A stretch of 64,000 nt of DNA from Acidobacteriota bacterium (GCA_965205505.1 CBDBHB010000006.1:160001-224000), one strand, 5' to 3'. Numbered from the stretch's first letter, positions 20,494-31,357 are shown. Notes: generated by a model not told the origin, from the letters alone. Numbers and translations are program-made.

Positions 20494-23225
20494 CGCTTCA
20501 ACTCCTCCCGTAGGCTCGGGTCGCCGTCGTGCCGTGGCCGGGGCGCATTGGCCGGTCGCCCGTCCCCCTCCTCGTCGTCACTCGTGACCATCTGGCGCTC
20601 CAACAGCATCTCCTTTTCCTCGGCCAGCGCAGCGCGCAGTTCCATGTCGTGCCGACGATCGAAGTACACGTGGCCGTCGACGATGGTCTGCTCCACGACC
20701 GCATAGTTGCTGAGCGGGTCGCCGCTGTAGATCACCAGGTCGGCGTCCTTGCCGACCTCGATCGAGCCGACGCGGTCATCGATGCGGAGCTGGATCGCCG
20801 GGTTGAGGGTCACCAGCCGTATCGCTTCGTCACGGGTGTTGCCACCCCATTTGATCGTCTTGGCGGCCTCCAGATTGAGATGCCGCATCTCCTCACCGGA
20901 GTCGGAGTTGATCGACACCACCACGCCGCGATCGGTCATCAGCGCGGCGTTGTGCGGTATTGCCTCGTAGGCCTCGACCTTGTACGCCCACCAGTCGGAG
21001 AACGTCGAGGCGCCGGCGCCGTGCTCGGCAATCTCATCGGCCACCCGGTAGCCTTCCAGCACGTGCTGCAAGGTGGCGATGCGGAAACCGAAATCCTCGG
21101 CGGTCCGCAGCAGTTGCAGGATCTCGTCGGCGCGGTACGAGTGCGCGTGTACCAGGCGCGTGCCCTCGAGGATCTCCACTAGCGGCTCCAGCTTGAGGTC
21201 ACGACGGGGCGGGATGATGCCCTCGTCGCCGGCGGCCAGCGCCTGTTCGTAGCGGCGACCTTCGGCCTGGTACGCCTGGGCGTCGAGAAATGCCTGGCGA
21301 ATGACGTCCTGCACGCCCATGCGCGAGTTGGGGTAGCGATCCGGATCGCGATCACGCTTGGTGTTCTCACCCAGAGCGAACTTGATGCCCTCCGGCGCGC
21401 CGGCGAACATCAACCCTTGTGCGTCGGCGCCCCAGCGCAGCTTCACGACGGCATTCTGGCCGCCGATCGGGTTGGCCGAGCCATGCAGGATGTTGGCGCT
21501 GGTAACCCCACCCGCCAGCGCGCGGTAGATCGACACCTGGTCAGGGTTGATCACGTCGCGGATTCCGACCATCGCCGAGACCGAGACGCTGCCTTCGTTG
21601 ATCGATTCGGCAGCGATGTGCGAGTGGGCGTCGACGATGCCGGGAATCACCCACTTGCCGGTAGCGTCGATCACGTGGGCGCCGGTTGGCACGTCGACGT
21701 TGGTGCCGATCGATGCGATGCGTCCGTCGCGGATGAGCACCGAAGCGTTCTCGAGGGTGCCGGCTGCGCTTACCGTCATTATGGTGGCGTTGCGCACCAC
21801 GGTAACGTCGTGCTCGCTCACCGGCCCGCGGTTGCGCACCATCGGCACGGGTTCGTATGTCTCGACGTCGGCGTCGTTCTCTCCGGCATCGGCGACCGAG
21901 TCGTCGACCGGGCCGCTGTCGAAGCGCTGGCCATCGACGATGACCGTGCGGACGCGCGTGACGGCGTCGAACAGATCGCCGTCGGCGAGAGCTATGTTGG
22001 CGATCTTGCCGACCTCGATGCTTCCCAGTCGGTCGTCGACGCCGAAGATCTCGGCGGCGCCCAGGGTCAGGGCGTGTAAGGCAGCGGCCTCTGGCAGGCC
22101 GGCGCGCACCGCCAGCCGAGCGTTGTCGAGCAACTCGTCCGGATGGCTCATGTCGCCCGAGTAGAACGCGAAGCGCACTCCGGCTGCGTGAAGCGCTGCG
22201 GGCGCCGTCGGGGCGCGGTCACGATAGCGCAATACCTGAAGTGACTCCTCGGCATCGGGATCGCCGTCGGGGTCACGCTCAGGCCAATCGAGGTTGATCA
22301 GCACCGGTACGTCGGCCGCCGCCAGCGTCTCTGCCACAGCCCAGGCCTGGCGGCCTCCGTAGAGGATCGGTTGCACGCCGACGGTGCGCGCGATGCGCAG
22401 TGCGCGCTCGATCTCGCGTGCCCAATCGGCAGGTAGCAACACCGGCCAGTCATCGCGGACCGCGGCCCGCAGCGGCTCCAGCGTGCGGTCGTACGCGGGA
22501 CGCTCCATGCCCGCCGGCGAGGATTCGTAGATCGACCAGGCCTGCTCGTAGTGTTGAGCGTCGAGCAACACCTGCTTCACGTAGGCAATGATGCCCATGA
22601 TCGAGCCCGGGTAGCCTTCGAATGTACGACCTTTGTTGAAGCTCACCGGTAGCGCCACCGGCGTGGCCACGACCATGTCGTTGGGGCGTTCTCCGGCGAG
22701 GTCGATGATCGAGGCCTGCCCGGGGAACAGGCCACGTTCCGGCGCCGATACGACGGTGGTGAAGCCGGCGGCGCGCCACGCGGCGACCCGCGTGTCCTCG
22801 GTGTCCAGGTGGTCGGCCGCGCTGATCCAGGTGAACGTGGCAGGGCGATCCTCCGGGCCCCGGGCGTAGTCGTCGTCTGCGGCCTCCGGTCTGCCGCCGT
22901 TGTTGCCGCTGTCTGCCTGATCACGTAGCTCCGCCGGCAGCCCGACGGTGGATAGCGCGTCGATGAGGCCCGGGTAGGCGGTCAAGCCCGAGCCGTCGAT
23001 GCTCCAGGCTCCTACCGGTGCCGAAACTTCGGCGCCGACCGCGGCGATCAAGCCGTCCCGAACGATGATGGTGCCGCGGTCGACCACCGAGCCATCGCCC
23101 ACCACGATGCGCACGTCCGTGATCGCGAAGTGTGGTGGCGGAGCTTGGGCGACCGCGCTGTGGGCGAGAGCGACAGTACCGATGGTGAGTGCCACCGGCA
23201 GGCGCCGGGTGGGCCTGTTGAACAT
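20490..23225 (-). CDS. Two-domain exported amidohydrolase
   Basis: Domain 1 PGLIDALS (degenerate); domain 2 PGIVDAHSH, KFALGEN, HAHSY and NSDS. Confidence 0.85.
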   Translation of the reverse strand: MFNRPTRRLPVALTIGTVALAHSAVAQAPPPHFAITDVRIVVGDGSVVDRGTIIVRDGLIAAVGAEVSAPVGAWSIDGSGLTAYPGLIDALSTVGLPAELRDQADSGNNGGRPEAADDDYARGPEDRPATFTWISAADHLDTEDTRVAAWRAAGFTTVVSAPERGLFPGQASIIDLAGERPNDMVVATPVALPVSFNKGRTFEGYPGSIMGIIAYVKQVLLDAQHYEQAWSIYESSPAGMERPAYDRTLEPLRAAVRDDWPVLLPADWAREIERALRIARTVGVQPILYGGRQAWAVAETLAAADVPVLINLDWPERDPDGDPDAEESLQVLRYRDRAPTAPAALHAAGVRFAFYSGDMSHPDELLDNARLAVRAGLPEAAALHALTLGAAEIFGVDDRLGSIEVGKIANIALADGDLFDAVTRVRTVIVDGQRFDSGPVDDSVADAGENDADVETYEPVPMVRNRGPVSEHDVTVVRNATIMTVSAAGTLENASVLIRDGRIASIGTNVDVPTGAHVIDATGKWVIPGIVDAHSHIAAESINEGSVSVSAMVGIRDVINPDQVSIYRALAGGVTSANILHGSANPIGGQNAVVKLRWGADAQGLMFAGAPEGIKFALGENTKRDRDPDRYPNSRMGVQDVIRQAFLDAQAYQAEGRRYEQALAAGDEGIIPPRRDLKLEPLVEILEGTRLVHAHSYRADEILQLLRTAEDFGFRIATLQHVLEGYRVADEIAEHGAGASTFSDWWAYKVEAYEAIPHNAALMTDRGVVVSINSDSGEEMRHLNLEAAKTIKWGGNTRDEAIRLVTLNPAIQLRIDDRVGSIEVGKDADLVIYSGDPLSNYAVVEQTIVDGHVYFDRRHDMELRAALAEEKEMLLERQMVTSDDEEGDGRPANAPRPRHDGDPSLREELKR

Positions 23226-23494
23226 GGAGGAGCTCCTTCGAGACGAGGTCCAGGAAAAGGCACATAGACTATGTTGCAGGCGAACGCCGATCCACGGAGT
23301 ACCGTGCCATGTGTGCAAGTTCCTCGCTGTCGCGCGTCCCAGGCTCGAAGGCAAGTCGGAGCGTCGTGGCGGACAGGACAGTGCGACACTAGCAGGCAAC
23401 GGCCTCCTAGCCCCCGGACGTATCCATACTGAACGCCGCGCCGGTGGCCTGGTGGCCCACGGGGCGGGCCGTTGATCAAACCAGCGAGGACACC

Positions 23495-24724
23495 GTGAAG
23501 ACTTCCGCGGAACGCCCGAACCGAACCCGTCGGCACTGCGTCGCAGCCCTCGGATTGGCCTTTGCCGTCGCCACAGCGGTCCCCGGTGTTGCTCAGGAGC
23601 GCGCCGCGACGAGCCTCACCATCTACTCACAGGGCCTAGCGCTGGTACGCGCCGAGCTCGACCGGCCGCTACCCGCCGGCAACCACGCCGTTCGCATCGA
23701 CGGCCTGCCGACCAGCGTCGAGCAGGCCAGCCTCATTGTGCTCAACCCCGGCGCTGTCTTGCAGGGTGTGCGCGGCTACCGAACGTACGAGGACGGCAGC
23801 GCGGTGGGCGCTTCGTTGGTAGTCGACATCAAGCTGTCAGAGCCTGTCCAGACGCTGCGCATCGCGTACCTGGCAGGGGGCATTGACTGGTCGGCTTCCT
23901 ACACCATGCAGGTGGCTCCTGACCAGCGGTCGGCTCGCATTGACGGCTACGCCAGCATCAGCAACGGCTCGGGGGGCCGCTTTACCGACGCCGAGGTTCA
24001 ACTGCTGGCTGGCGACGTCAACGTGGCTACACCGCGGCGCCAGATCTATCGGGCAATGGAGGCCGTCGCCGTGGCGGCGGTTTCGGCCGCGCCGGAAGTG
24101 CAGGAGCAGGCATTCGCCGGCTACCACATCTATACGGTCTCCGAGTCCCTGATGATCGAACCAGGGGAGTCGCGCCGCATCCGCCTGATGGGCGACGATG
24201 CCATCGCGGTGGTGAGGGAGCATGTGTTGACCGGGGGAGTCAGCCCGCGCCAGCGACAGCCAGAGCCGCAGCCAGTTGCTGTAGGTGTTCGCTACCGGGT
24301 CGGCAGGGCGATCGAGACCGAGTTCGGTGTCGTTCCGCTGCCGGCCGGAACGGTGCGCATCTACAGCCCCGATCCCGACGGCCGGCTGCAGTTGCTCGGG
24401 TTGTCCCGGATTGGCAATACCCCGTCCGGGCAGGAGCTCCTGCTGTCGGTGGGGCGCGCCTTCGACGTCACCGCGGTGCGATCGCAGACCGGATTCCGCC
24501 GAATCGCCAACAACGAGCGCGAGTCCGACTGGAGCCTGAAGCTGAGCAACGTCTCCGACGAGGAGGTCACCGTGCAGGTGATCGAGCGGATCGGTGGTGA
24601 GTGGCGAATTCTCAGCTCCAGCCATGACCCGCAGATCATGTCGACGGCCGCGGTCCGCTTCGACGTGAGTGTGCCAGCCGGCGGTGAGACGGAACTGCTG
24701 TACAGCGTGTCCGTCCGCAACTAG
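23495..24724 (+). CDS. DUF4139-domain exported protein
   Basis: LTIYS.GLALV, YL.GG..W.ASY, VQLLAGDVN and PLPAG.VRIY. Confidence 0.75.
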   Translation: MKTSAERPNRTRRHCVAALGLAFAVATAVPGVAQERAATSLTIYSQGLALVRAELDRPLPAGNHAVRIDGLPTSVEQASLIVLNPGAVLQGVRGYRTYEDGSAVGASLVVDIKLSEPVQTLRIAYLAGGIDWSASYTMQVAPDQRSARIDGYASISNGSGGRFTDAEVQLLAGDVNVATPRRQIYRAMEAVAVAAVSAAPEVQEQAFAGYHIYTVSESLMIEPGESRRIRLMGDDAIAVVREHVLTGGVSPRQRQPEPQPVAVGVRYRVGRAIETEFGVVPLPAGTVRIYSPDPDGRLQLLGLSRIGNTPSGQELLLSVGRAFDVTAVRSQTGFRRIANNERESDWSLKLSNVSDEEVTVQVIERIGGEWRILSSSHDPQIMSTAAVRFDVSVPAGGETELLYSVSVRN

Positions 24725-24769
24725 TGCTCCTGATCATAAGTACGGTGACGTTTGCAGGACGACCCTCGC

Positions 24770-24797
24770 TTGACAGCACGCGCCGGCGCACGAGAAT
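24770..24797 (+). promoter_or_regulatory. Putative sigma70 promoter
   Basis: TTGACA-N16-GAGAAT upstream of the M20 gene pair. Confidence 0.4.
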
Positions 24798-24860
24798 GAT
24801 CGGGCGACGGGTCCTCGCTCCATTGCGGATCGGTGCCCGCTCGCGTAAGTAGGAGGTCCT

Positions 24861-26507
24861 GTGGATTCCGCATTCCGCTATCGTCTGAAGCACACCCTGG
24901 TCATGTTGTTGTTGGTCGCCTGCGCCCAGGCTCTCACGGTCGCGACCGCGGTTGCGCAGCGTCCGTCGTCCGCGGTGCTCAAGGAGCAGGTGCGCGAGAT
25001 CGTCGGCTCCATGCGTAAGCAGTCGCAGGTCATCGTCGACTCGATCTTCTCGTTCGCCGAGCTCGGGTTTCAGGAACATGAGACGGCCAAGTTGGTCACC
25101 GGTCTCCTACGCGATGAGGGTTTCGATATAGAAACCGGCTGCGCGGGTATGCCGACTTGCTACGTCGCCAGCTGGGGACATGGCAAACTGGTAATCGGCC
25201 TCATGGGCGACATCGACGGGCTGCTCGAGACTTCGCAGAGGCCCGGTGTTGCCTACCATGACCCGCTGATCGAGGGCGGTCCCGGCCACGGCGAGGGACA
25301 CAACAGCGCGGCTGCAGTGGACGTGGTGGCGGCGGTGGCCATCAAGCGGGTCATGGAGGCGCACGGTCTCGAGGGCACCATCAAGGTGATTCCCGGGGTG
25401 GCCGAGGAGCTGGTGGCGTCGCGCACCTACATGGTGAACGACGGGCTGTTCGAGGGGATGGATGTGATGATCTCCCCACATATCGCCAGCACGCTCGCTG
25501 TCGGATACGGTGCCTGGGGCTCCGGCATGGTATCGACGCAGTTCACCTTCCATGGCACCTCGGCGCACGGTGCGGGCTCTCCGTGGGCTGGGCGCAGCGC
25601 GCTCGACGCCGTTGAGCTGATGAATGTCGGCTGGAACTTCCGCCGCGAGCACCTGCGACTGCACCAGCGATCACACTACATAATCCCGCATGGCGGCAAC
25701 CAGCCGAACGTCGTGCCGTCAGAAGCGAGCGTCTGGTACTACTTCCGCGAGCTGGACTACGACCGCATCAAGGAGCTACACGAGCTCGGCAGGACCATGG
25801 CGGAAGCGGCCGCCATGATGACCGGCACCACGGTTACGGAGCGTGTACTGGGCGCGGCGTGGCCGCCCAACGACAGTAAGCCGTTGGCCGAGCTGATGCA
25901 CGAAAACATCCTGGAGGTCGGTCTGCCGGAGTGGTCAGAGGCCGACCAGAACCTGGCTCGAGCCGTGCAGCGAGAGCTGGGGGTACTTGGTGAGCGCGAC
26001 TTCTTCGGCCAGCTTGCCGACGGGTTGCCGACGGAGATCACAAGCGAAGAGGCTATTGCCTTCGAACAGGGAATGGGCGGCGGGTCGGACGACATCGCCG
26101 AGGTGTCGTGGAATGTCCCGACCGTACGCCTGTGGTACCCCGGCAACATCCCCGGGACCATTGCGCACCACTGGTCGTCCTCCATCTCCATGGCGACACC
26201 GATCGCCCACGAGGGCGCCAACTACGCGGCCCGGGTCATCGCCATGACGATGATCGACTTGCTCACCGATCCCGCCAGGGTGGAAGAAGCTTGGACCTAT
26301 TTCCGCGAGGTCACCGCCAAGGACTATCAGTGGAGGTCGCTCATTCCCGAGGGCACGACACCACCTGTTCATATGAATGCCGACAAGATGGCCCGCTACC
26401 GTCCGCAACTTGAAGCGCTGCGCTACGACCCGACCCGGTTCGACACTTACCTCGAACAGCTGGGAATCGAGTACCCCACGGTCCGAGACTCCCAGCAAGA
26501 AGACTAG
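24861..26507 (+). CDS. M20 amidohydrolase (AbgB-like), paralog 1, with signal peptide
   Basis: [27 protein letters not shown] and GGNQPNVVP. Confidence 0.85.
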   Translation: MDSAFRYRLKHTLVMLLLVACAQALTVATAVAQRPSSAVLKEQVREIVGSMRKQSQVIVDSIFSFAELGFQEHETAKLVTGLLRDEGFDIETGCAGMPTCYVASWGHGKLVIGLMGDIDGLLETSQRPGVAYHDPLIEGGPGHGEGHNSAAAVDVVAAVAIKRVMEAHGLEGTIKVIPGVAEELVASRTYMVNDGLFEGMDVMISPHIASTLAVGYGAWGSGMVSTQFTFHGTSAHGAGSPWAGRSALDAVELMNVGWNFRREHLRLHQRSHYIIPHGGNQPNVVPSEASVWYYFRELDYDRIKELHELGRTMAEAAAMMTGTTVTERVLGAAWPPNDSKPLAELMHENILEVGLPEWSEADQNLARAVQRELGVLGERDFFGQLADGLPTEITSEEAIAFEQGMGGGSDDIAEVSWNVPTVRLWYPGNIPGTIAHHWSSSISMATPIAHEGANYAARVIAMTMIDLLTDPARVEEAWTYFREVTAKDYQWRSLIPEGTTPPVHMNADKMARYRPQLEALRYDPTRFDTYLEQLGIEYPTVRDSQQED

Positions 26508-26530
26508 ACATACTGATTCGGAGGAAACCC

Positions 26531-28156
26531 ATGCCCCGTATTCACTCTCCTCGTTCACTTCGGCGCCTTGCTGCCGCCGTCGGCGCGCTGTCGATCGGCT
26601 TCTTGGGCGTCGGCGCCTTGTCGGCTCAGCAGCAGCCTTCCGCCGAAGCGCTGAAGGAAGAGGCGCGCGAGATCGTTGGCTCCATGCGCAAGCAATCGCA
26701 GGTCATGGTCGACTCGATCTTTTCGTTCGCCGAGCTCGGCTTCCAGGAGCACCAGACGGCCGCGTATATCACCGGGACGTTGCGCGACGAGGGATTCGAC
26801 ATCCAGATGGGATGCGCCGGCATGCCCACCTGTTACGTCGCCAGTTGGGGCGAGGGCAAGCCGGTGATCGGCATCATGGGCGATATCGACGGCCTGCCGG
26901 AGACCTCACAGAAGCCCGGCGTCGCGTACCACGATCCGCTGATCGAGGGCGGGCCGGGACACGGGGAGGGTCACAACAGCGCCGGTGCGGTCGACACGAT
27001 CGCCGCCATCGCCATCAAACGGGTGATGGAAGCTCACGGCCTTCAAGGCACGATCAAAGTGATCCCCGGGGTTGCCGAGGAGCTCGTGTCGTCGCGCACC
27101 TATATGGTCAACGACGGGCTCTTCGCCGATATGGACGTCATGCTGTCGACTCACATCAGCGACAACATGAGCGCCCGCTGGGGGATCTCCGGCTCGGGGC
27201 TGGTATCGACGCAGTTCACCTTCCACGGCACGTCGGCGCACGGCGCCGGCTCTCCGTGGGCAGGGCGCAGCGCCCTCGACGCGGTGGAGCTGATGAACGT
27301 CGGCTGGAACTTCCGCCGCGAGCATCTGCGTCTGCACCAACGGTCACACTACATGATCCCACACGGTGGCAATCAGCCGAACGTCGTGCCGTCGGAGGCG
27401 AGCGTCTGGTACTACTTCCGCGAGCTCGACTATGACCGCATCAGGGAGCTCCACGAGCTCGGCCAGACGATGGCGGAAGCGGCCGCTATGATGACCAGCA
27501 CCTCGGTCACCGAGCGCGTCTTCGGAGCGGCCTGGCCCTCCAACATGAGCAAGCCGCTCGCCGAGCTCATGCATGCCAACATCCTGGAGGTGGGGCTGCC
27601 CGAGTGGAGTGAAGCGGACCAGCAGCTCGCCCGCGCGTTGCAGCGTGAGCTCGGAAGCGACGAGATCGAGGGGTTGCCCACCGAGCTGAGTAGTACGGAG
27701 CTGGAGGAATCGGATCAGGGCATGGGGGGTGGCTCGGATGACATCGCCGAGGTTTCGTGGAACCTGCCCACGATTCGATTGCGCTATCCCGGCAACATTC
27801 CCGGGCGCACCGGACACCACTGGTCGTCGGGCATCGCCATGGCGACACCGATCGCCCACAAGGGCGCCAACTACGCTTCCCGTGTGATCGCCATGACGGC
27901 GATCGACCTTTTCGTCAACCCTGAGAAGGTCGAAGAAGCGTGGAAGTATCACCGCGAGGTGACTATCAAGGATCGTCAGTGGGAGTCACTCGTCCCCGAG
28001 GGGACCGCGCCGCCGATCTTTCTCAACGCCGAGAAGATGGAACGCTACCGTTCGCGGCTCGACGAGCTGCGCTACGACCCGGCACGCTTCGACACCTATC
28101 TCGAACAGCTCGGCATCGACTATCCGACGGTGCGTGAAGCCGACGAGCGCGAATGA
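26531..28156 (+). CDS. M20 amidohydrolase (AbgB-like), paralog 2
   Basis: Same motifs as paralog 1; tandem duplicate. Confidence 0.85.
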   Translation: MPRIHSPRSLRRLAAAVGALSIGFLGVGALSAQQQPSAEALKEEAREIVGSMRKQSQVMVDSIFSFAELGFQEHQTAAYITGTLRDEGFDIQMGCAGMPTCYVASWGEGKPVIGIMGDIDGLPETSQKPGVAYHDPLIEGGPGHGEGHNSAGAVDTIAAIAIKRVMEAHGLQGTIKVIPGVAEELVSSRTYMVNDGLFADMDVMLSTHISDNMSARWGISGSGLVSTQFTFHGTSAHGAGSPWAGRSALDAVELMNVGWNFRREHLRLHQRSHYMIPHGGNQPNVVPSEASVWYYFRELDYDRIRELHELGQTMAEAAAMMTSTSVTERVFGAAWPSNMSKPLAELMHANILEVGLPEWSEADQQLARALQRELGSDEIEGLPTELSSTELEESDQGMGGGSDDIAEVSWNLPTIRLRYPGNIPGRTGHHWSSGIAMATPIAHKGANYASRVIAMTAIDLFVNPEKVEEAWKYHREVTIKDRQWESLVPEGTAPPIFLNAEKMERYRSRLDELRYDPARFDTYLEQLGIDYPTVREADERE

Positions 28157-29154
28157 GCGTCGACCTGCGGCATCGCAGCTTCGTCAAGCTGCTCGACTTC
28201 AGCCCCGAGGAGATCGGCTATCTGCTCGATCTGTCGGCCGAGCTCAAGGCGGCGAAGCAGGCGCACACCGAGCGGCCTTCGCTGGTCGGCAAGAACATCG
28301 CGCTGATCTTCGAGAAGTCCTCGACGCGGACCCGCTGTGCCTTCGAGGTGGCGGCGTACGATCAGGGAGCCCATACCACCTACCTGGGGCCGAGCGGCTC
28401 CCAGATCGGTCACAAGGAGACGATGAAGGACACCGCCCGGGTGCTCGGTCGCATGTATGACGGCATTGAGTACCGCGGCTTCAAGCAGGCGACCTGCGAA
28501 GAGCTCGCCGAGCATGCCGGCGTGCCAGTTTGGAACGGGCTGACTGACGAGTTTCATCCCACGCAGATGCTCGGCGACGTGCTCACCATGACCGAGCACA
28601 GCGACAAGCCCCGCAACGAGATCGCGTACTGTTACCTGGGCGATGCGCGCAACAACATGGGCAACTCGCTGCTCGTGGTCGGCGCAAAGCTGGGCATGGA
28701 TGTGCGCATCGCCGCGCCAGAGAGCCTTTGGCCCGATGGGGGGCTGCGGTCCACCTGCGAGGCCATCGCCTCAGAGACCGGCGCGCGGCTGACCTTCACC
28801 GAAAGTGTTGCCGACGGCGTGGCGGGGGTCGATTTCGTCCATACCGACGTCTGGGTGTCGATGGGCGAGCCGGACGAGGTTTGGCAGCAGCGCATCGAGC
28901 TGCTGCGCCCCTACCAAGTCAACGGTGAGGTGATGCGTTTGACTGGCAACCCCGACGCCCGCCTCATGCATTGCTTGCCGGCGTTCCATAATCGCGGCAC
29001 CAAGGTCGGCGAGGAGGTCTTTCAGAAGTTCGGCCTCGACGGCATCGAGGTTACCGACGAGGTCTTCGAATCGCCGGCCGCGGTCGTCTTCCCCCAGGCT
29101 GAGAACCGCATGCACACCATCAAGGCGGTGATGGTGGCGACGCTGGGCGGTTGA
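28153..29154 (+). CDS. argF: Ornithine carbamoyltransferase
   Basis: [20 protein letters not shown] and HCLP. Confidence 0.95.
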   Translation: MSVDLRHRSFVKLLDFSPEEIGYLLDLSAELKAAKQAHTERPSLVGKNIALIFEKSSTRTRCAFEVAAYDQGAHTTYLGPSGSQIGHKETMKDTARVLGRMYDGIEYRGFKQATCEELAEHAGVPVWNGLTDEFHPTQMLGDVLTMTEHSDKPRNEIAYCYLGDARNNMGNSLLVVGAKLGMDVRIAAPESLWPDGGLRSTCEAIASETGARLTFTESVADGVAGVDFVHTDVWVSMGEPDEVWQQRIELLRPYQVNGEVMRLTGNPDARLMHCLPAFHNRGTKVGEEVFQKFGLDGIEVTDEVFESPAAVVFPQAENRMHTIKAVMVATLGG

Positions 29155-29214
29155 TCCCGGATGGCGCCGTCGTCTGAACAGACACGGGTACCACAACGAA
29201 CAAGGAGAGCTCGG

Positions 29215-29518
29215 ATGGCTGCCTACATGATCGGATTCGGGCGTATCGATGACCCGGAGCGCTTCGGCAAGTACCTGGAGGCAGTCCCGGCAACGGTGAT
29301 GAGCTTCGGAGGGGAGGTCCTCGGAATCGAGGATCCGGCCGAGGTGCTCGAGGGCACCGCGCCCTACCCGCGGGTCGTGTTGTTGCGCTTCCCGTCGAAG
29401 GAGGACGCGCGGGCGTGGAAGAGCTCGCCGGAGTACCAGGACATCGTGGAGCACCGGCTCGCTTCATCCGGAGCACGTGCTTTATCTCGTGGACGAGTTC
29501 GTGATGCCGACCGACTGA
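29215..29518 (+). pseudogene. DUF1330 protein with a probable +1 frameshift near 29469
   Basis: MAAYMI, VLEG, RVVLLRFPS and SPEYQ; the natural-looking end EHVLYLVDE is in another frame. Confidence 0.65.
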
Positions 29519-29522
29519 GCTC

Positions 29523-29550
29523 CTAGCAGGCCTGCTAGCACCCCTGCTAG
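29523..29550. repeat. CTAG-terminated repeat remnants
   Basis: Perfect palindrome CTAGCAGGCCTGCTAG followed by CACCCCTGCTAG. Confidence 0.6.
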
Positions 29551-29948
29551 ACGTCGAGAGTCCGCAGCGGCCGCACTTGCTGGATGCGCTCGAAGTCGGC
29601 ATCGTCGTGTAGCAGAATGCCATCGGCGTCGAGCACCTGCTGCGCGATGAAGCAGTCGACGGCCGAGCGGGGGGTGACGCCGGCCCTGCGGCAGTCGAAG
29701 TAGATCCGCGCCGCGTCGCGGTGCGTGTCCCATCCGCGACGCGCGGTGAGCGTGCGCTGGGTCGAAACGTAGAGGTCGAGCAGCTGCCACTCGGTTTCGT
29801 CGGACGCTCCCTGCAGCAACTCCTGACAGCAAACCTCAGGGATCCAGTATGGAGTGCCGCGGGACTCCATCTGTTGCATAGCGAGAACGGCGGGGCGTTG
29901 GTCATTCATAACGTAGGCGATCAACACTGATGTGTCGATGACGATCAC
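29547..29948 (-). CDS. vapC: VapC/PIN-domain ribonuclease toxin with no adjacent antitoxin
   Basis: IDTSVLI, QELLQG, DCFIA and HDDADF acidic PIN residues. Confidence 0.85.
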   Translation of the reverse strand: MIVIDTSVLIAYVMNDQRPAVLAMQQMESRGTPYWIPEVCCQELLQGASDETEWQLLDLYVSTQRTLTARRGWDTHRDAARIYFDCRRAGVTPRSAVDCFIAQQVLDADGILLHDDADFERIQQVRPLRTLDV

Positions 29949-30055
29949 GGCCTGCTAGATGAGATGAGAAGGCCAACCTCCTGAACGCAGTAGCCTGACG
30001 GCTCTGCAAACGTTTCTTCAAACGTAACGGGCTCGAAGCCCAAGGAGGTTGGCCG

Positions 30056-31102
30056 ATGAGGAGTGTAACGATTGGACTGGACGTAAGCGACCGGTACAGC
30101 CGTATGTGCGTGCTCGACAGTAAGGGCAGGGTGATGGAGGAAGGGCGGGTGAGGACGAGCCCGGAGGGGCTGGCGAGGCGGTTCGGGTGCGAGGAGCCCG
30201 CTCGAGTAGTGCTGGAGGTTGGAACGCACTCGCCGTGGATGAGTGAGCAGTTGAAGCAACTGGGTCATGAGGTGCTGGTGGCTAACCCGAGGCGGCTGAA
30301 GCTGATCTATGGCGAGCACGACAAGACCGACCGGTTGGATGCCGAGCACCTGGCACGAGTGGGCAGAATGGACCCAAAGCTGCTTAAGACGGTGCAGCAT
30401 CGAGGCAGACAAGCGCGAGCGGATCTAGCCGTGATTCGGAGCCGAGATGCTCTGGTAAAGAGCTGCACGCAGTTGGTGAGCCATGTGCGTGGTGCGGTCA
30501 AGTCGGCCGGTTGTCGTATTCCCAGGTGCTCGACGCCGGCGTTCGCGCGCACCGCGCCAGAGCACATACCGGAGCGGCTCAAGGGAGCGCTCGAGCCGGT
30601 GCTTGAAACGATCGCCATGCTGACGGGCAACATCCAGCAATACGAGCGTCAGATCGTGCAGCTGTGCCAGGGGCGATACCCGGAGACACAGCAGCTCCAG
30701 CAAGTGGCCGGGGTCGGAGCTCTGACCGCACTGGCGTATGTGCTGACGCTCGAGGAGCCGGAGCGGTTCAATACCTCCAGAGCCGTGGGCCCGTACCTGG
30801 GACTGAGACCGAAGAAACGGCAGTCGGGGGACAAGGACCCTGCGCTACGAATAACCAAGGCGGGCGACAAAATGCTCCGACGCCTGTTGGTGGGCTCGGC
30901 GCATTACATCCTGGGCCCCTTCGGGCCCGATACTGAGCTCAGACGCTGGGGGCTCAAGCTGGCCGGACGCGGTGGTCCTCATGGCAACAAAAAGGCAGCA
31001 GTTGCTGTCGCCCGTAAGCTCGCCGTTGTGCTGCACCGACTGTGGCTGAGTGGAGACGAGTACGAACCGTTGCGCGCACCTGTAGAGGTTTCAGCAGCAT
31101 GA
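30056..31102 (+). CDS. IS110-family recombinase/transposase
   Basis: RuvC-like DEDD residues (GLD, LE, KTDRLD), GVG HhH, RQSG serine loop and AVARKL. Confidence 0.95.
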   Translation: MRSVTIGLDVSDRYSRMCVLDSKGRVMEEGRVRTSPEGLARRFGCEEPARVVLEVGTHSPWMSEQLKQLGHEVLVANPRRLKLIYGEHDKTDRLDAEHLARVGRMDPKLLKTVQHRGRQARADLAVIRSRDALVKSCTQLVSHVRGAVKSAGCRIPRCSTPAFARTAPEHIPERLKGALEPVLETIAMLTGNIQQYERQIVQLCQGRYPETQQLQQVAGVGALTALAYVLTLEEPERFNTSRAVGPYLGLRPKKRQSGDKDPALRITKAGDKMLRRLLVGSAHYILGPFGPDTELRRWGLKLAGRGGPHGNKKAAVAVARKLAVVLHRLWLSGDEYEPLRAPVEVSAA

Positions 31103-31345
31103 ACTAACCCGCAACCAGGAGGTCGGTAGGGCGACGCGACCCAACGGTTATCGATCTGACCGCCCGGTCCGGGCGACTGCGAAGGTCACTACGAGCTTCG
31201 AGCTCGGCAGCTAGATTGCAGCGCCTCGAATCGGGACGGACCCCAGAATGCACCGGACGACCTGAATCCTCGTCCACCAGAGTGCGAATAGGAGCATGGC
31301 GTGCAGATCGATTCTTCGCTGGCCACCACATTGCCCTTGACCGAA
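31103..31345 (+). ncRNA. Predicted bridge/seek RNA of the IS110 element
   Basis: Stem GGCGACTGCGA/TTGCAGCGCC encloses AGGTCACTA, hairpin CGAGC-TTCGA-GCTCG and GCTAG, which match the flanks. A second loop resembles the element ends. Confidence 0.7.
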
Positions 31346-31357
31346 CTAGGCCTTCTC

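Noticed and set aside
24861-28156. Tandem M20 genes as an assembly duplication or a DGR template/target pair
   Set aside because: Divergence is spread throughout, includes indels and is not adenine-specific; there is no reverse transcriptase.
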